Below, in pieces: positions 20,430 through 31,041 of a DNA stretch of 64,000 nt. The notes under the pieces are model-generated. The model had not been told where the DNA came from. It ran no database searches and saw only the letters and a list, made by a program, of their open reading frames with translations. A program made the translations under genes and the position numbers. Within the stretch, counting starts at the first letter, position 1, and every line of letters begins with the position of its first letter. The stretch comes from an uncultured delta proteobacterium (GTDB lineage Bacteria; Myxococcota_A; Polyangia; Polyangiales; Polyangiaceae): positions 32,001-96,000 of the forward strand of contig CAWKKR010000007.1 of NCBI GenBank assembly GCA_963850305.1. The letters run 5' to 3'.

Positions 20430-21530
20430 TCAGTCGAACAGGATCACGCCGCGGGCGTTCTTCTTCATGTCGTCGAACGCCTGCTGGGCCTCTTCGATGC
20501 GGTATCGCGTCGTCACGAGCTCGTCGAGCTTGAGGCGCTTCATCTTGTAGAGCTCGATGAACTTCGGAAAGTCCACGCGCGGCCGCGTCGAGCCATACAT
20601 CGATCCCGTCAGAATTTTCTCCGTCACAGGCAGGTGAAACGCGGGCAGTTCGACCTTGAGCGAGAACGGCGCGATGCCCACCACGACCGCCATGCCGCCT
20701 TTTCGGACCACCGCGTAGGATTGCGCGATCGTCTCGGGGAAGCCGATGCACTCGAAGGCGTAGTCCGCTGCGCCCACGAGCTTCTTCACGCGGTCGACGG
20801 GGTCGCCGTCTTGCTTGGGGTTCACGACATGTGTTGCGCCGAACACCCTGGCAAACTCGAGCTTCTCGGGCGCGGTGTCGATCGCGACGACGGCGCGCGC
20901 TCCTGAGAGGACCGCGCCCTGGATCACGTTCAGCCCGACGCCGCCCGCGCCGATCACGACGACGACGGAGCCAGGCTCCACTTTCGCCGTGTTCAGGACC
21001 GCACCGACACCCGTCGTCACGGCGCATCCGACGAGTGCGGCGGACGCCATCGGGATGCCGGTCGCGATCTTGATGACGCTGTTCCGGTGAAGCGTCGCGA
21101 ACTCCGCCATCACGGCGGCGCTCATGAAGTGGTTCAGTTCTTTGCCGGCCGCGTCGCGGAGTCGCGTCGTGCCGTCCGGCATTTTCGGCCCGTGCTTGCC
21201 TGGCCGATCGCAGAGGGATGGCCGACCCATCAGACAGAATCTGCACACGCCGCACATGGGGATCCAGGAAACCCCCACCACGTCACCGACGGCGAGATCC
21301 GTCACCCGCTCGCCCACCTCCACGATCGTACCGGCCGCTTCATGCCCGAGGACCGTGTCGGGGGGCACCGGGATCGTCCCGTTCGTCGCGGAGAGGTCGC
21401 TGTGGCACACGCCGCACGCCCCGATCTTGACGGTGACCTCGTCGGGCCCCGGCGGGAGGACCTGCACCACTTCGACGGAAATGCCCTTCTCCGGGCCTCG
21501 ATAAACGACGGCTTTAGCGCTGCGAGTCAT
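20430..21530 (-). CDS. Zn-dependent alcohol dehydrogenase (class III-like)
   Basis: GVCHSD, GHEAAG, CGVCRFC..C, GCAVTTG, GAGGVG. Confidence 0.93.
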   Translation of the reverse strand: MTRSAKAVVYRGPEKGISVEVVQVLPPGPDEVTVKIGACGVCHSDLSATNGTIPVPPDTVLGHEAAGTIVEVGERVTDLAVGDVVGVSWIPMCGVCRFCLMGRPSLCDRPGKHGPKMPDGTTRLRDAAGKELNHFMSAAVMAEFATLHRNSVIKIATGIPMASAALVGCAVTTGVGAVLNTAKVEPGSVVVVIGAGGVGLNVIQGAVLSGARAVVAIDTAPEKLEFARVFGATHVVNPKQDGDPVDRVKKLVGAADYAFECIGFPETIAQSYAVVRKGGMAVVVGIAPFSLKVELPAFHLPVTEKILTGSMYGSTRPRVDFPKFIELYKMKRLKLDELVTTRYRIEEAQQAFDDMKKNARGVILFD

Positions 21531-21650
21531 GGTGCGGCGGACAATAACCCGATCGTCGGGCCCGCGGCGTGGCGAAGTGATCGCCCCTGGGGGGTAGCTG
21601 AAACGCGGGGTCGACCCGGGCGATCTCCGGGGCTAATACGAAGCGCCGCC

Positions 21651-22949
21651 ATGTCCATCGGTGTCGACACGACGACGGCGCGCCGCGTGCGCCGGTCTCC
21701 CGAAGAAACCGCGAGAGAGCTGGAACGAGCGCTCCGCACCCGCGGCACCCGTCGGTGGACGGGTCGTCTATCGATTCTCGGCGGGCTCGCCCTCGCGGGC
21801 TGGGGCGGTCACGCCTACTACGAGCGCCACGAGCCGGCGCCCCTGCCGAGATTCATCACCGAAAAGATCGCCCGTCACGACATCTCGGAGGAAGTGCTCT
21901 CGACGGGTAAGGTGAAGCCACTGAAGGAAGTGCAGGTCGGAGCGCAGGTTTCCGGCCGCGTCGTCTCCGTCTCGGTCGACTTCAACAGTCCGGTGAAGAA
22001 AGGAGAGCAGCTCGCGGAAATCGATCCGCGCGTCTTTGGCGCGCAGGTGAGTCAGACACGCGCGCAGATCGACGCCGCGAAGGCGCAGGTCGACCGGGCC
22101 CAGGCGAGCCTCGCGGTCTCTGAAACGTTGCTCGCGCGGATAGAGCGGCTTCAAAAGGACAACCTGTCCACGCGCGCGGAGCTCGACCAGGCGGTGGGCA
22201 ACCGGAACGTCGCGAAGGCGGACGTGGCCGCGGCCCAGGCGCAGCTCGCGACGCTCGTCGCGCAGCTCGCCAGTGTCCGCACGACTCTCCAGTACACGAG
22301 GATCCTGTCTCCAATCGACGGCATCGTCATCACCCGGTCGATCGATCCCGGGCAGACCGTCGCAGCCAGCTTTGCGGCGCCCGTGCTGTTCGTCATCGCG
22401 CCGGACCTGCGGCAGATGCAGGTGCTCGCCGACATCGACGAGGCCGACGTCGGCAAGGTGAAGCAGGGTATGACGGGGGACGTCGTGGTGGACGCGTTCC
22501 CCGGCGAGACGTTCGAGGGCAAGGTCACGCAGATCCGCTACAGCCCGAACGAAGTGCAGGGCGTCGTGACCTATTCCGCCGTCATCGACGTCGCGAACCC
22601 GGACATGAAGCTCCGTCCCGGCATGACCGCGACCGTGACACTCGAGACGCGCCGCGCGCACGACGTGCCGGCGCTGCCCAACGCCGCGCTGCGGTTCCGC
22701 CCGACCCAGCTCGACCCGTCGGGAGGCGCCGCGCCTGCGACCCAGGTGTTCGGCGCCGAGCTCAAGGCGGGAGAGGGCCGGGTCTACGTCCCTTCGGCGG
22801 ACGCGAACGAAGCGACGGAAAAGGTCGTGGACATTGGCATCACGGACGGCCGCTTCACGGAGTTGAGGAGCGGGCTAGCCGCCGGCGCGGCGGTCGTCAT
22901 CGACCAGCGCGACGCGAAGCGCCCCGACAAATTCCTCGGTATCTTCTGA
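21651..22949 (+). CDS. Efflux periplasmic adaptor (MacA/HlyD family)
   Basis: VGAQVSGRV, SPIDGIV..PGQTVAAS, IDEADVGKV, LRPGMTA. Confidence 0.93.
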   Translation: MSIGVDTTTARRVRRSPEETARELERALRTRGTRRWTGRLSILGGLALAGWGGHAYYERHEPAPLPRFITEKIARHDISEEVLSTGKVKPLKEVQVGAQVSGRVVSVSVDFNSPVKKGEQLAEIDPRVFGAQVSQTRAQIDAAKAQVDRAQASLAVSETLLARIERLQKDNLSTRAELDQAVGNRNVAKADVAAAQAQLATLVAQLASVRTTLQYTRILSPIDGIVITRSIDPGQTVAASFAAPVLFVIAPDLRQMQVLADIDEADVGKVKQGMTGDVVVDAFPGETFEGKVTQIRYSPNEVQGVVTYSAVIDVANPDMKLRPGMTATVTLETRRAHDVPALPNAALRFRPTQLDPSGGAAPATQVFGAELKAGEGRVYVPSADANEATEKVVDIGITDGRFTELRSGLAAGAAVVIDQRDAKRPDKFLGIF

Positions 22950-22951
22950 CC

Positions 22952-23707
22952 ATGTCGCCGAAAGCGTTCGACGATGGAGAGCGCTCGCTGGTCGAACTCG
23001 ACCACATCGAGAAGGATTACGTCAGCGGTCCCGAGGTCGTGCACGCGCTCTGCGACGTGAACCTCCGCGTCCTCCCGGGCGAGTTCGTCGCGATCGTGGG
23101 CGCGAGCGGCTCCGGCAAGAGCACCCTGATGAATCTGCTCGGCTGTCTGGACCGTCCGACGCGCGGCACCTATCGCCTCGCCGGGGTCGACGTCACGGAG
23201 CGCACGTCGGACGAGCGTGCGCTCGTCCGCAATCGGCTCATCGGCTTCGTGTTCCAGGGATTCAACCTGTTGCCCCGGACAACCGCGCTCGAGAACGTGG
23301 AGCTGCCGCTCGTGTATCGCGGAGTGTCCCTTCGCGAGCGCCGCCGGCGCGCCGAGCGTGCGCTCTCCCAGGTGGGGCTCCGTGACCGTGCGGGGCACAC
23401 ACCGAGCCAGCTCTCCGGCGGACAGCAGCAGCGCGTGGCGATCGCGCGGGCGCTCGTCACCGAGCCGCCGCTCCTCCTCGCGGACGAACCGACGGGCAAT
23501 CTCGACACGAAGACGAGTCTCGACATCCTCGGTATCCTGCAGCGCCTCGTGTTCGACGAGGGGATGACGCTCGCGCTCGTGACGCATGAGCCGGACATCG
23601 CGGCGTGCGCGACGCGCATCGTGACCGTTCGCGACGGACGCATCGCAGAAGACGCGCCGAACACCGCGTTCAACGACGTACGCGGCGAGATCCGTGAGTC
23701 TGCATGA
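22952..23707 (+). CDS. ABC transporter ATP-binding protein (MacB/LolD type)
   Basis: GASGSGKST, LSGGQQQRVAIARAL, LADEPTGNLD. Confidence 0.96.
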   Translation: MSPKAFDDGERSLVELDHIEKDYVSGPEVVHALCDVNLRVLPGEFVAIVGASGSGKSTLMNLLGCLDRPTRGTYRLAGVDVTERTSDERALVRNRLIGFVFQGFNLLPRTTALENVELPLVYRGVSLRERRRRAERALSQVGLRDRAGHTPSQLSGGQQQRVAIARALVTEPPLLLADEPTGNLDTKTSLDILGILQRLVFDEGMTLALVTHEPDIAACATRIVTVRDGRIAEDAPNTAFNDVRGEIRESA

Positions 23708-24924
23708 TTCTCGCGTCGGTTCGGCTCGCGCTCCGCTCCCTCTACCGCGCCAAGCTCAGGTCCGCGCTCACGATCCTCGGGATCCTGGTCGGGATCGCGT
23801 CGGTCGTCATCGTGGCGGCGCTCGGCGAAGGCGCGAGCGGGCGCATTGGCGGCAGCATCCAGAGCCTCGGGTCGAACGTCGTGTACGTCTTCGAGCGTCC
23901 CATCGCACTGAGCGGAGCGCGGAAGAGACTGGGCGGCGTCGTCGGCCTTCGCGACGCGGACGCGGAAGCACTGCGCCGCGAGGGAGGATCCATCGCGGGC
24001 GTCACGGTCTACTCGAGCAAGGACGCGCAGGTGACGACCGCATTCGCGAACGGCAAGACGTCGATCGTCGGCACGGACCTCTCTTATTTTCCGGTCCGCG
24101 GCTTCGAGCTCGCGCGCGGACGCCGCTGGTCGCTCCTCGAAGAGCGGGCGAAGGCCCGGGTATGTCTCATCGGGCCGAGCGCCGAGGCGAAGCTCTTCGG
24201 GGCCGCCGACCCGATCGGTCGCACACTCCGCATCGGAAGGTACCCTTACCTCGTCATCGGCACCCTCGCCTCGAAGGGCCAGTCCCCCTTCGGGATCGAT
24301 CAGGACGATCGCATCTTGATGCCCGTGGGCACGTGGCGATCCCACGTCTCGCAGACCGAGAACGGCCGCGTGCAGATGATCATGGCGTCCGCGAAGAGCT
24401 TCGAACGCGCGGGCCAGGCCGTGACCGAGATGGAGAGCATCCTGCGCCAGCGGCACCACGTCCCCGACGGCGCGGAGCCGGACTTCGTCGTCCGGAGCCA
24501 GGAGCAGTTCCGTCAGATGCAGGAGCGCATCGTGAAGGTGCTGTCCGTTCTGCTCCTCAGCGTCGCCGCGGTCTCGCTGTTCGTCGGCGGCGTGGGCGTC
24601 ATGAACATCATGCTCGTCACCGTGACGGAGCGCCGTCGCGAGATCGGCATTCGAATGGCCCTCGGCGCCGAGCCGCGCGACATAGAGCTCCAGTTCCTGG
24701 TCGAGGCGATCACGCTGACGTTCGCGGGGGGTGCCCTCGGGCTCCTCGTGGCGCTCGTGCTCGTCGGCGCCGCCCGGTACGGGCTGGGGTGGTCGATGCG
24801 CGTCGATGCAGCGACCGTCGTCGTCGCGTTCGCCACGAGCGTCGCGGTGGGGTTCCTGTTCGGCTTTCTTCCGGCCCGACGAGCCGCGAGCGTCGAACCG
24901 ATGGAGGCGCTGCGCCATGAGTAG
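23704..24924 (+). CDS. ABC transporter permease (MacB/FtsX family)
   Basis: LRSALTILGI, GGVGVMNIMLV, ERRREIGIRMALGA, PARRAA. Confidence 0.95.
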   Translation: MILASVRLALRSLYRAKLRSALTILGILVGIASVVIVAALGEGASGRIGGSIQSLGSNVVYVFERPIALSGARKRLGGVVGLRDADAEALRREGGSIAGVTVYSSKDAQVTTAFANGKTSIVGTDLSYFPVRGFELARGRRWSLLEERAKARVCLIGPSAEAKLFGAADPIGRTLRIGRYPYLVIGTLASKGQSPFGIDQDDRILMPVGTWRSHVSQTENGRVQMIMASAKSFERAGQAVTEMESILRQRHHVPDGAEPDFVVRSQEQFRQMQERIVKVLSVLLLSVAAVSLFVGGVGVMNIMLVTVTERRREIGIRMALGAEPRDIELQFLVEAITLTFAGGALGLLVALVLVGAARYGLGWSMRVDAATVVVAFATSVAVGFLFGFLPARRAASVEPMEALRHE

Positions 24925-26188
24925 TCCCGCATCGACGAGCACGTCGTCCCCGAAGGCTTGGGTCACGGGCTTCATCTGGACGGCGATCCCGCTCGCGTTC
25001 GCGGCGATCCGTCGGAGGCCCGCCCGGTCGGCGCTCACGGCGTTCGGAATTCTCGTCGGCGTCGCGGCGGTGACGGTCGTCGTCGCGATGGCGGAAGGCG
25101 CCTCCGCGGTCGTCTCGAATGCCATCGACGCGCTCGGCACGAACTCGTTGACGGTCGAACCCCGGCCGTCGTCGAAGAGCGGCCTCCGCGACGAAGATCG
25201 TCCGTCCGAGCTCGACGAAGACGACGCGAAGGCCCTGCCCATCGACGTTCCCGCGGTGGAGAGCGCTGCCCCCATGATCTCCTCGGTCCAGCAGGTCGTG
25301 ATGGGCGGTGCCAACGTCTCCACTGCCGTGGTGGGCACCACGCGGGACTTCTTCGGGATCCGGAACTGGAAGACCGGTCTCGGTGACGTCTGGACGAAGC
25401 CTGCGGAAACCAATCGCGAGCGCGTGTGCCTGCTCGGCGAGACCGTTCGTGGTGCGCTGTTCGGTCCCGAAGATCCGCTCGGAAGGAGCGTGCGCATCGG
25501 GAAATTCACGTTCCGGGTCGTCGGCGTGCTCGCGAAGAAGGGGGAGAGCCCCTTCGGCGGCGATCAAGACGACGTGATCATGATGCCGCTATCCACGCTG
25601 ACGTCGAAGCTCGTTCGTGCGCGCCCCGGGCAGGTCCAGCGCATCATGGTGTCCGCGAAGAGCGCGGATCTCGTGGACGACGCGACTCGCAGCATCACGG
25701 CGGTCCTCCGCCAGCGGCACCATCTTCTCGACGATGCGCCGAACGACTTCGAGATCCGGAGCCAGGAGGAGTTCCGTCGAACGCAGGATGCGGTGCTCGG
25801 CGTGCTGCAGCTACTCCTGCTCGGCATCGCAGCGGTGAGTCTCGCGGTGGGCGGCATCGGCGTCATGAACATCATGCTCGTGTCGGTCGCGGAGCGGACC
25901 CGCGAGATCGGCGTGCGGCTCGCGCTCGGCGCACGCGCGGCGGACATCCGCGCCCAGTTTCTGATTGAAGCCGTGGTACTCACGCTGCTCGGCGGCCTCG
26001 GGGGCGCGGTCGTGGCCGCCGGCGGCGTGCTCGCGCTGCGTCGGTTGCTCGAGCTGCCGATGCACGTCTCGCTCAGGGCACTCGGCGTTGCCATCGTCAC
26101 GAGCACGGTCATCGGTTTGACTTTCGGTTTCCTGCCAGCTCGCCGCGCCGCCGAGCTCGACCCGATCGAGGCGCTGAGAATGGATTGA
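24917..26188 (+). CDS. Second ABC transporter permease (MacB/FtsX family)
   Basis: RSALTAFGI, GGIGVMNIMLVSV, ERTREIGVRLALGA, LDPIEALR. Confidence 0.95.
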   Translation: MSSPASTSTSSPKAWVTGFIWTAIPLAFAAIRRRPARSALTAFGILVGVAAVTVVVAMAEGASAVVSNAIDALGTNSLTVEPRPSSKSGLRDEDRPSELDEDDAKALPIDVPAVESAAPMISSVQQVVMGGANVSTAVVGTTRDFFGIRNWKTGLGDVWTKPAETNRERVCLLGETVRGALFGPEDPLGRSVRIGKFTFRVVGVLAKKGESPFGGDQDDVIMMPLSTLTSKLVRARPGQVQRIMVSAKSADLVDDATRSITAVLRQRHHLLDDAPNDFEIRSQEEFRRTQDAVLGVLQLLLLGIAAVSLAVGGIGVMNIMLVSVAERTREIGVRLALGARAADIRAQFLIEAVVLTLLGGLGGAVVAAGGVLALRRLLELPMHVSLRALGVAIVTSTVIGLTFGFLPARRAAELDPIEALRMD

Positions 26189-26399
26189 TCCTCCCGAGGC
26201 TCGACCCTCGCCGGGGACGTCGGGGGGAGTGCCGTCGGGAAGTCTCGATCGTGCGGGAACGGACATCGTGACGAAACAGTGAATCGTCAGATGGCTTGTT
26301 TTATTGGGCTTTGGCACGGGTTCGTCACAAAAAGTCTTTGCGCGAGACAGCTTCCATGTTTTGCTGCACTGCGTAACCCTTAACTGGAGGTTAACTTCA

Positions 26400-26723
26400 A
26401 TGGTCCGATTGAAATCAGGGTCGGTTCTCATTCTTGCCCTCGCGACGGCTTCTGCGGCTGCATGCAGCAGCAGTAAAAAGAGCCCTGCGACCACGGATGC
26501 AGGCCACACGGACTCGGGGGCCGGCGGCAGTGCCGCGGGCGGTTCGGGTACGGGCGGTGCGGCGACCGGCGGCAGCGGGACCGGCGGCGCAGCGACCGGC
26601 GGCGCGGGTGGCGCGGCAACTGGCGGCAAGCCCGCCGATTCCGGCACGGACGCGAAGGCGGACGCGGGCTCCTTGGACGCCGGTCCGCTCGATGCGGGCT
26701 CGGACGCTCACGACGCCCACTGA
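26400..26723 (+). CDS. Small Gly-rich low-complexity lipoprotein
   Basis: GGAGG RBS; lipobox AAAC; TGG and DAG repeats. Confidence 0.75.
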   Translation: MVRLKSGSVLILALATASAAACSSSKKSPATTDAGHTDSGAGGSAAGGSGTGGAATGGSGTGGAATGGAGGAATGGKPADSGTDAKADAGSLDAGPLDAGSDAHDAH

Positions 26724-26861
26724 ACCGAGACACGCAGTGTGATCGGAAGGCCGCCGGAAACCCCGGCGGCCTTCATCTATTTGGCATCCCGAGGACGCCG
26801 CGGGGAGTCGACTGCAACGCAGGGATTGCCCCCGGCGCGCGAGCCCATTTATAGAGGACGC

Positions 26862-27737
26862 ATGCCCATCGACCCGAAGCTAGCTCTCGGCGCCAAACTC
26901 GACACCGTCGACTCCTCCTGGAATGAAGACAAACTCATCCTCTACGCGCTCGGCGTCGGGGTCGGCATCGGCCAGAACCAGACGGACCCGAAGAGAGTGC
27001 TCCAGTATGCGTACGAGAACGGGCTGAAGGCGCTCCCCACGTACGGCGTGATCCCGATGTTCTCGGCTGTCGGCTCCCTCTTCAATGTGCCGGGGCTCAG
27101 CTTCAACCCGATGATGCTGCTCCACGGAGAGCAGTACACCGAGATCATCGAGCCGCCGCTGCCGCTCGCCGCGGACGTCGTGACCGAGGGCACGCTCAGC
27201 GGCATCTTCGACAAGGGCAAGGGCGCGCTCGTCACGATCGATTTCATCACGCGCGACAAGAAGAGCGGCAAGGCGCTCATCAAGAACGTGATGGGAGCGT
27301 TCATCCGCGGTGAGGGCGGGTTCGGTGGTGACGCGAAGTCACCGGAGCCCGGAAACAACCCGCCCGATCGCGCTCCAGATGCAGTCGTCGAATATCGAAC
27401 GGAGACGCAGCAGGCCCTCCTCTACCGTCTCTCGGGAGACAAGAACCCGCTCCACGTCGATCCGATGATGGCGAAGATGGGCGGCTTCGACGTGCCCATT
27501 CTTCACGGGCTGTGTTCGTTCGGCAACCTCGGCCGCGCCGTCCTGGAGGCATTCACCGACAACACGCCCGAACGGTTCAAGTCGATCCAGGTGCGGTTCT
27601 CGAAACCCGTGTTTCCCGGCGAGACCATCGTGTCGCAGATGTGGAAAGTGAGCGACACGGAGATTGTCTGCAAGGCACGAGTGAAGGAGCGCGATCTCGA
27701 CGTCATCACGAACGCGAAGGTCGTGCTGACGAAGTAG
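26862..27737 (+). CDS. MaoC/enoyl-CoA hydratase 2 (double hot-dog, MFE-2-like)
   Basis: LYALGVG, LLHGEQ, YRLSGDKNPLHVDP, ILHGLCSFG, PVFPGET. Confidence 0.92.
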   Translation: MPIDPKLALGAKLDTVDSSWNEDKLILYALGVGVGIGQNQTDPKRVLQYAYENGLKALPTYGVIPMFSAVGSLFNVPGLSFNPMMLLHGEQYTEIIEPPLPLAADVVTEGTLSGIFDKGKGALVTIDFITRDKKSGKALIKNVMGAFIRGEGGFGGDAKSPEPGNNPPDRAPDAVVEYRTETQQALLYRLSGDKNPLHVDPMMAKMGGFDVPILHGLCSFGNLGRAVLEAFTDNTPERFKSIQVRFSKPVFPGETIVSQMWKVSDTEIVCKARVKERDLDVITNAKVVLTK

Positions 27738-27790
27738 TTTCGCATCGACGCGCGCGTCGTCCCCGAGAGATCAAAGAGGTGCGGAACTAC

Positions 27791-27878
27791 GCGAGCGGAG
27801 CGAGCCCGCCGAAGGCGGCGGGGGAGCGGTCGCGCAGCGAGCCGCGGGGGCAAGGCAGGCAAGGCCCCCTTGCCTAAT
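27791..27878 (+). repeat. Intergenic dispersed repeat with hairpin
   Basis: GGGGAGCGGTCGCGCAGCGAGCCGCGGGGGCAAGG recurs inverted at ~49092-49128; AGGCAAGG-cc-CCTTGCCT inverted repeat. Confidence 0.7.
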
Positions 27879-27912
27879 AGCTCTGACGACGGATGAGCGC
27901 CGCGGGACGGGT

Positions 27913-28818
27913 TTATTTGATCCCGAGAAGCTCGATGTCGAACACCAGTGTTCCGGCGGGCGCGCCGGGACGCGTGGGCTTATCACCGTAGGCGAGAGTG
28001 CCCGGGATCCAGAGACGGGCTTTCTCGCCCACCTTCATGAGCTGAACGCCTTCCGTCCAGCCCTTGATGACCTGGTTCAGCTTGAACGCGATCGGCTGGC
28101 CCCGCATGACGGAGCTGTCGAACAGCTTGCCGTCGGTCGTCCAGCCCGAGTAATGCACGAGCACCGTGTCCGTCGCTTTCGGCTGCGGTCCGGTCCCCGC
28201 CTTCAGCACGCGATACGCGAGGCCACTCTTGGTTTTCTTCGCCGTCGCGGGTGCGGCCTTCACGTCCTCGGGCACAGGGGGCGGCTCTGGTGCCTTCATG
28301 ATCGCGAGGAGCTGCACGTCGAACGTGAGGTCCCCAGCGGGTGCGCCCCCGCGTGGCTGCGAGCCGTACGCGAGCGACGCGGGGATCCACACGCGGCGCT
28401 TCTCCCCGACGACCATGAGCTGCAGCGCCTCGGTCCAGCCCGGGATGACGTGTCCGACGCCGAACGTCGCAGGCTGGCCGCGTGCGACGGAGCTATCGAA
28501 CATCTCGCCGTTCTTCGTCCAGCCGGTGTAGTGCACGCGCACGTGATCCTGCACCCGCGGGTGCTCGGTGCCCGTTCCGGGCGTGAGCACTTTCGTCACG
28601 AGGCCGGTTGCGGTCTTCGTCGCATCCGCCGGCGGTGTCGCGACGTCCGGGGGCGCGGGGATCGTCTTCAGGAGCACGCCTTGCGGACCCGGTGTCGCCG
28701 AGGCTGCCGGGCGCGCCGCCGCGGAGGGTGCTGGTACCGGAGCGGGTTGTCCCTTCGATTTGCAAGCCGTGAAGGCGAAGCCGATGGAGACGAGCAAACC
28801 GAGGGAGGTGAGGCGCAT
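27913..28818 (-). CDS. Tandem-domain FKBP peptidyl-prolyl isomerase lipoprotein
   Basis: Two VHYxGW..FDSS..VIxGWTE..LMxVGEK..IP..LAYG domains; lipobox FTAC. Confidence 0.95.
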   Translation of the reverse strand: MRLTSLGLLVSIGFAFTACKSKGQPAPVPAPSAAARPAASATPGPQGVLLKTIPAPPDVATPPADATKTATGLVTKVLTPGTGTEHPRVQDHVRVHYTGWTKNGEMFDSSVARGQPATFGVGHVIPGWTEALQLMVVGEKRRVWIPASLAYGSQPRGGAPAGDLTFDVQLLAIMKAPEPPPVPEDVKAAPATAKKTKSGLAYRVLKAGTGPQPKATDTVLVHYSGWTTDGKLFDSSVMRGQPIAFKLNQVIKGWTEGVQLMKVGEKARLWIPGTLAYGDKPTRPGAPAGTLVFDIELLGIK

Positions 28819-28880
28819 GGGGCCCGCATCCTTTCAGACGAGGGTGGAGCGACGCAACAGGGACGTGTAGGCTTTTCGCC

Positions 28881-29804
28881 GTGAAGCGGTGGCGATTCCC
28901 CATCCTGATCGCGATCTGTGGAGCCGCTGCCCTCGTCCTTGCCGGAGGTTGCAAGAAGGGCTCGAAGAGCGCCTCGGCGTCCAGCCCGGGACCGTCGGCT
29001 TCAACGCCGAGCGAACCCGCGACGGTCCAGTTCGTGGAGATGCCGGCAGCGATCGGGTCCAAGTTTCGCGACGTCCGCAAGAGCACACTCAAGCTGAGCG
29101 TCGAGTTCTGGCAAGGCAACGACAATCTCGGATCGAACGACTCGTCCCGCGCGGAAGACTATTCGCGCACCTTCGAGGTCGCCGGCCTCGTCGGCGGCGA
29201 TCCCGCGAAGGGGACACTTCATTACGACCATTACCACCTGAGCGAGATCCGCGCCGAACAACCTCCGCACACCGATTCGAGCGTCGAAGGCAAGACGTAC
29301 CTGCTCGACATCACGAGCGGCAAGCTCGTGGTCGCGGCTCCTGATGGCAAACCAGTGCCGCCCGATGAGCGGGAGACGATCGAGCGTCTGCATGCCGACT
29401 TCGGCCAGGACGATCCTGTCGTCGCTGCGCTCGGAACCTTGCCGATCCCCGTCGGCAAGTACGGGCCGCTGCGGGAGCCGCTCTTCCGTGCGCTCTCGGG
29501 GATGGGTTCGCAGGGAGCCTTCAAGAACGGCAATGTCGTCATCTCCGGCGTAAAGAAAGAAGCCGGCCAGGACGCCGCCGTGATCGACTGGACCGCGGAG
29601 ATGACGACGGATCAGGACAACGGGCTCACCATCTCCTGGCATCTGAAGGGCACCACGGTGGTCGGACTCGAGCCGGCCCGCACCCTCTCCATGACGATGA
29701 GCGGCGACCTCGACGCCACCGGGCAGACGAAGAAAGACGGGGCTCGGGTGCAGCTGGCGGGCGCCGGTACCGTCACCGACGATCGCACGATCACGCCGCT
29801 CTGA
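28881..29804 (+). CDS. Hypothetical lipoprotein
   Basis: Lipobox LAGGC-KK; beta-rich body. Confidence 0.75.
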   Translation: MKRWRFPILIAICGAAALVLAGGCKKGSKSASASSPGPSASTPSEPATVQFVEMPAAIGSKFRDVRKSTLKLSVEFWQGNDNLGSNDSSRAEDYSRTFEVAGLVGGDPAKGTLHYDHYHLSEIRAEQPPHTDSSVEGKTYLLDITSGKLVVAAPDGKPVPPDERETIERLHADFGQDDPVVAALGTLPIPVGKYGPLREPLFRALSGMGSQGAFKNGNVVISGVKKEAGQDAAVIDWTAEMTTDQDNGLTISWHLKGTTVVGLEPARTLSMTMSGDLDATGQTKKDGARVQLAGAGTVTDDRTITPL

Positions 29805-30683
29805 GTTTCATCCGTCCGAGTAGAAGGGGGAAGGTGTTCGTCGCGTAGCGCCCGAGGACCTGCAATCTTATCCGGATGAGCGCCGCGCGAAACCGATTGA
29901 TGACGACGTCCTTCGGCTCGTAGCGCATCGCCAGCATGCCGCCCGTGACGCGACCCTCGCGGTGCAGGGCGCGATGGGACTGGGTTCCCGGGTAGACGGC
30001 CATCGACAGCACGTCGAAATGAATCGGAGGCAGCGTCGCGAGCGCTTCGAGCTCGTTCTCGATGGCCTCGGCGGTCGCGTCCGGATGGACGATGAGCGAA
30101 TTGAAGGTCGCGACGAAGCCGTGCGCGACGAGTTGCTTGGATCCGCGTGCCGCGGGCTGATCTGCATCGGCGTCGCGTCGGCGACGGGGGCAGGCGGGCC
30201 GTCGCCATTGCGCGTCGTGATCCCGGCAACATCGAGCCATGGCGCCCCTTCGCCCAGCCGACGTGCGAGCTCGGTGACCGGCAATTCGCCGTCATGTCGG
30301 ATCACGGAGTCGAGACCCGGGTGGCGATCGAGCAGCTCGCCTCGAACGAGCGTGGCGACCGGACCGCCGCACGTGATGTGTCCCGCATAGCCGCGGGCAC
30401 GCAGGTACCGGATGAACGCGAGCGCGTCGATCGTGGAATCCGAATCCGGCATCGACAAACCGACGAGCTCCACGCCCCGCGCGAGAATGCGATCCGCGGC
30501 TCGCGGCAGCGAATCCGGGCCGGACAATGGAACGATGAACGCGCCGTGCCCGGCTCCTTCGAGGGCCGCCACCAGGTAGCGCAGACTCAGGTTCTCGCCC
30601 CCGCGCTCCTCACGCCCGACCAGCGCGACTCTCTCGAGGACGACCCCGACGTTTCTCGACCCCACGGAGCCCGACCAACCCAC
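29791..30683 (-). pseudogene. B12-binding radical SAM gene remnant with the radical SAM core deleted
   Basis: ENLSLRYL, LVGLS, GGPVAT, DSVIRHDGE joined out of frame near 30140 to a C-terminal piece (..VYPGT..); no CxxxCxxC. Confidence 0.7.
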
Positions 30684-30789
30684 TCATCGAAACAGAATAT
30701 CGGATTGCTTTCGGTAAAGCGATGTTGCTCGGTAGTCTGCCTTCTGCGCGCCCTGGCGGACCCGGTCGCTTGTGAGGCATCCTACGGTC

Positions 30790-31035
30790 ATGCCTGCGCC
30801 CGCGATCCCGACGTCGCCGATTCCGAGCGCCCCGTTCGACGACCTCGACCTCGACGTGGATGCCGATCGTCGGGAATGGACTCAACGCATCGAAGATCTC
30901 GCCGCAGCCCGCCTCGCAGCGGCCCGCGCTCGGCTCGAGCGCCTCGGCATCGTCGACAAGGATGGGAAGCTGATATCGAGCGAACTACCCGCCGACATGC
31001 TCCCCGATTCGGATACGACGCTCGAGACCGGCTGA
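30790..31035 (+). CDS. Small acidic protein, candidate antitoxin
   Basis: ARARLERLGIVDKDGKL; lies 6 nt upstream of a zeta-toxin-like start. Confidence 0.55.
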   Translation: MPAPAIPTSPIPSAPFDDLDLDVDADRREWTQRIEDLAAARLAAARARLERLGIVDKDGKLISSELPADMLPDSDTTLETG

Positions 31036-31041
31036 GCACGG

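Noticed and set aside
26330..26348. Sigma-54 promoter TTGGCACG upstream of the Gly-rich lipoprotein (also at 32650)
   Set aside because: No GC at the -12 position.
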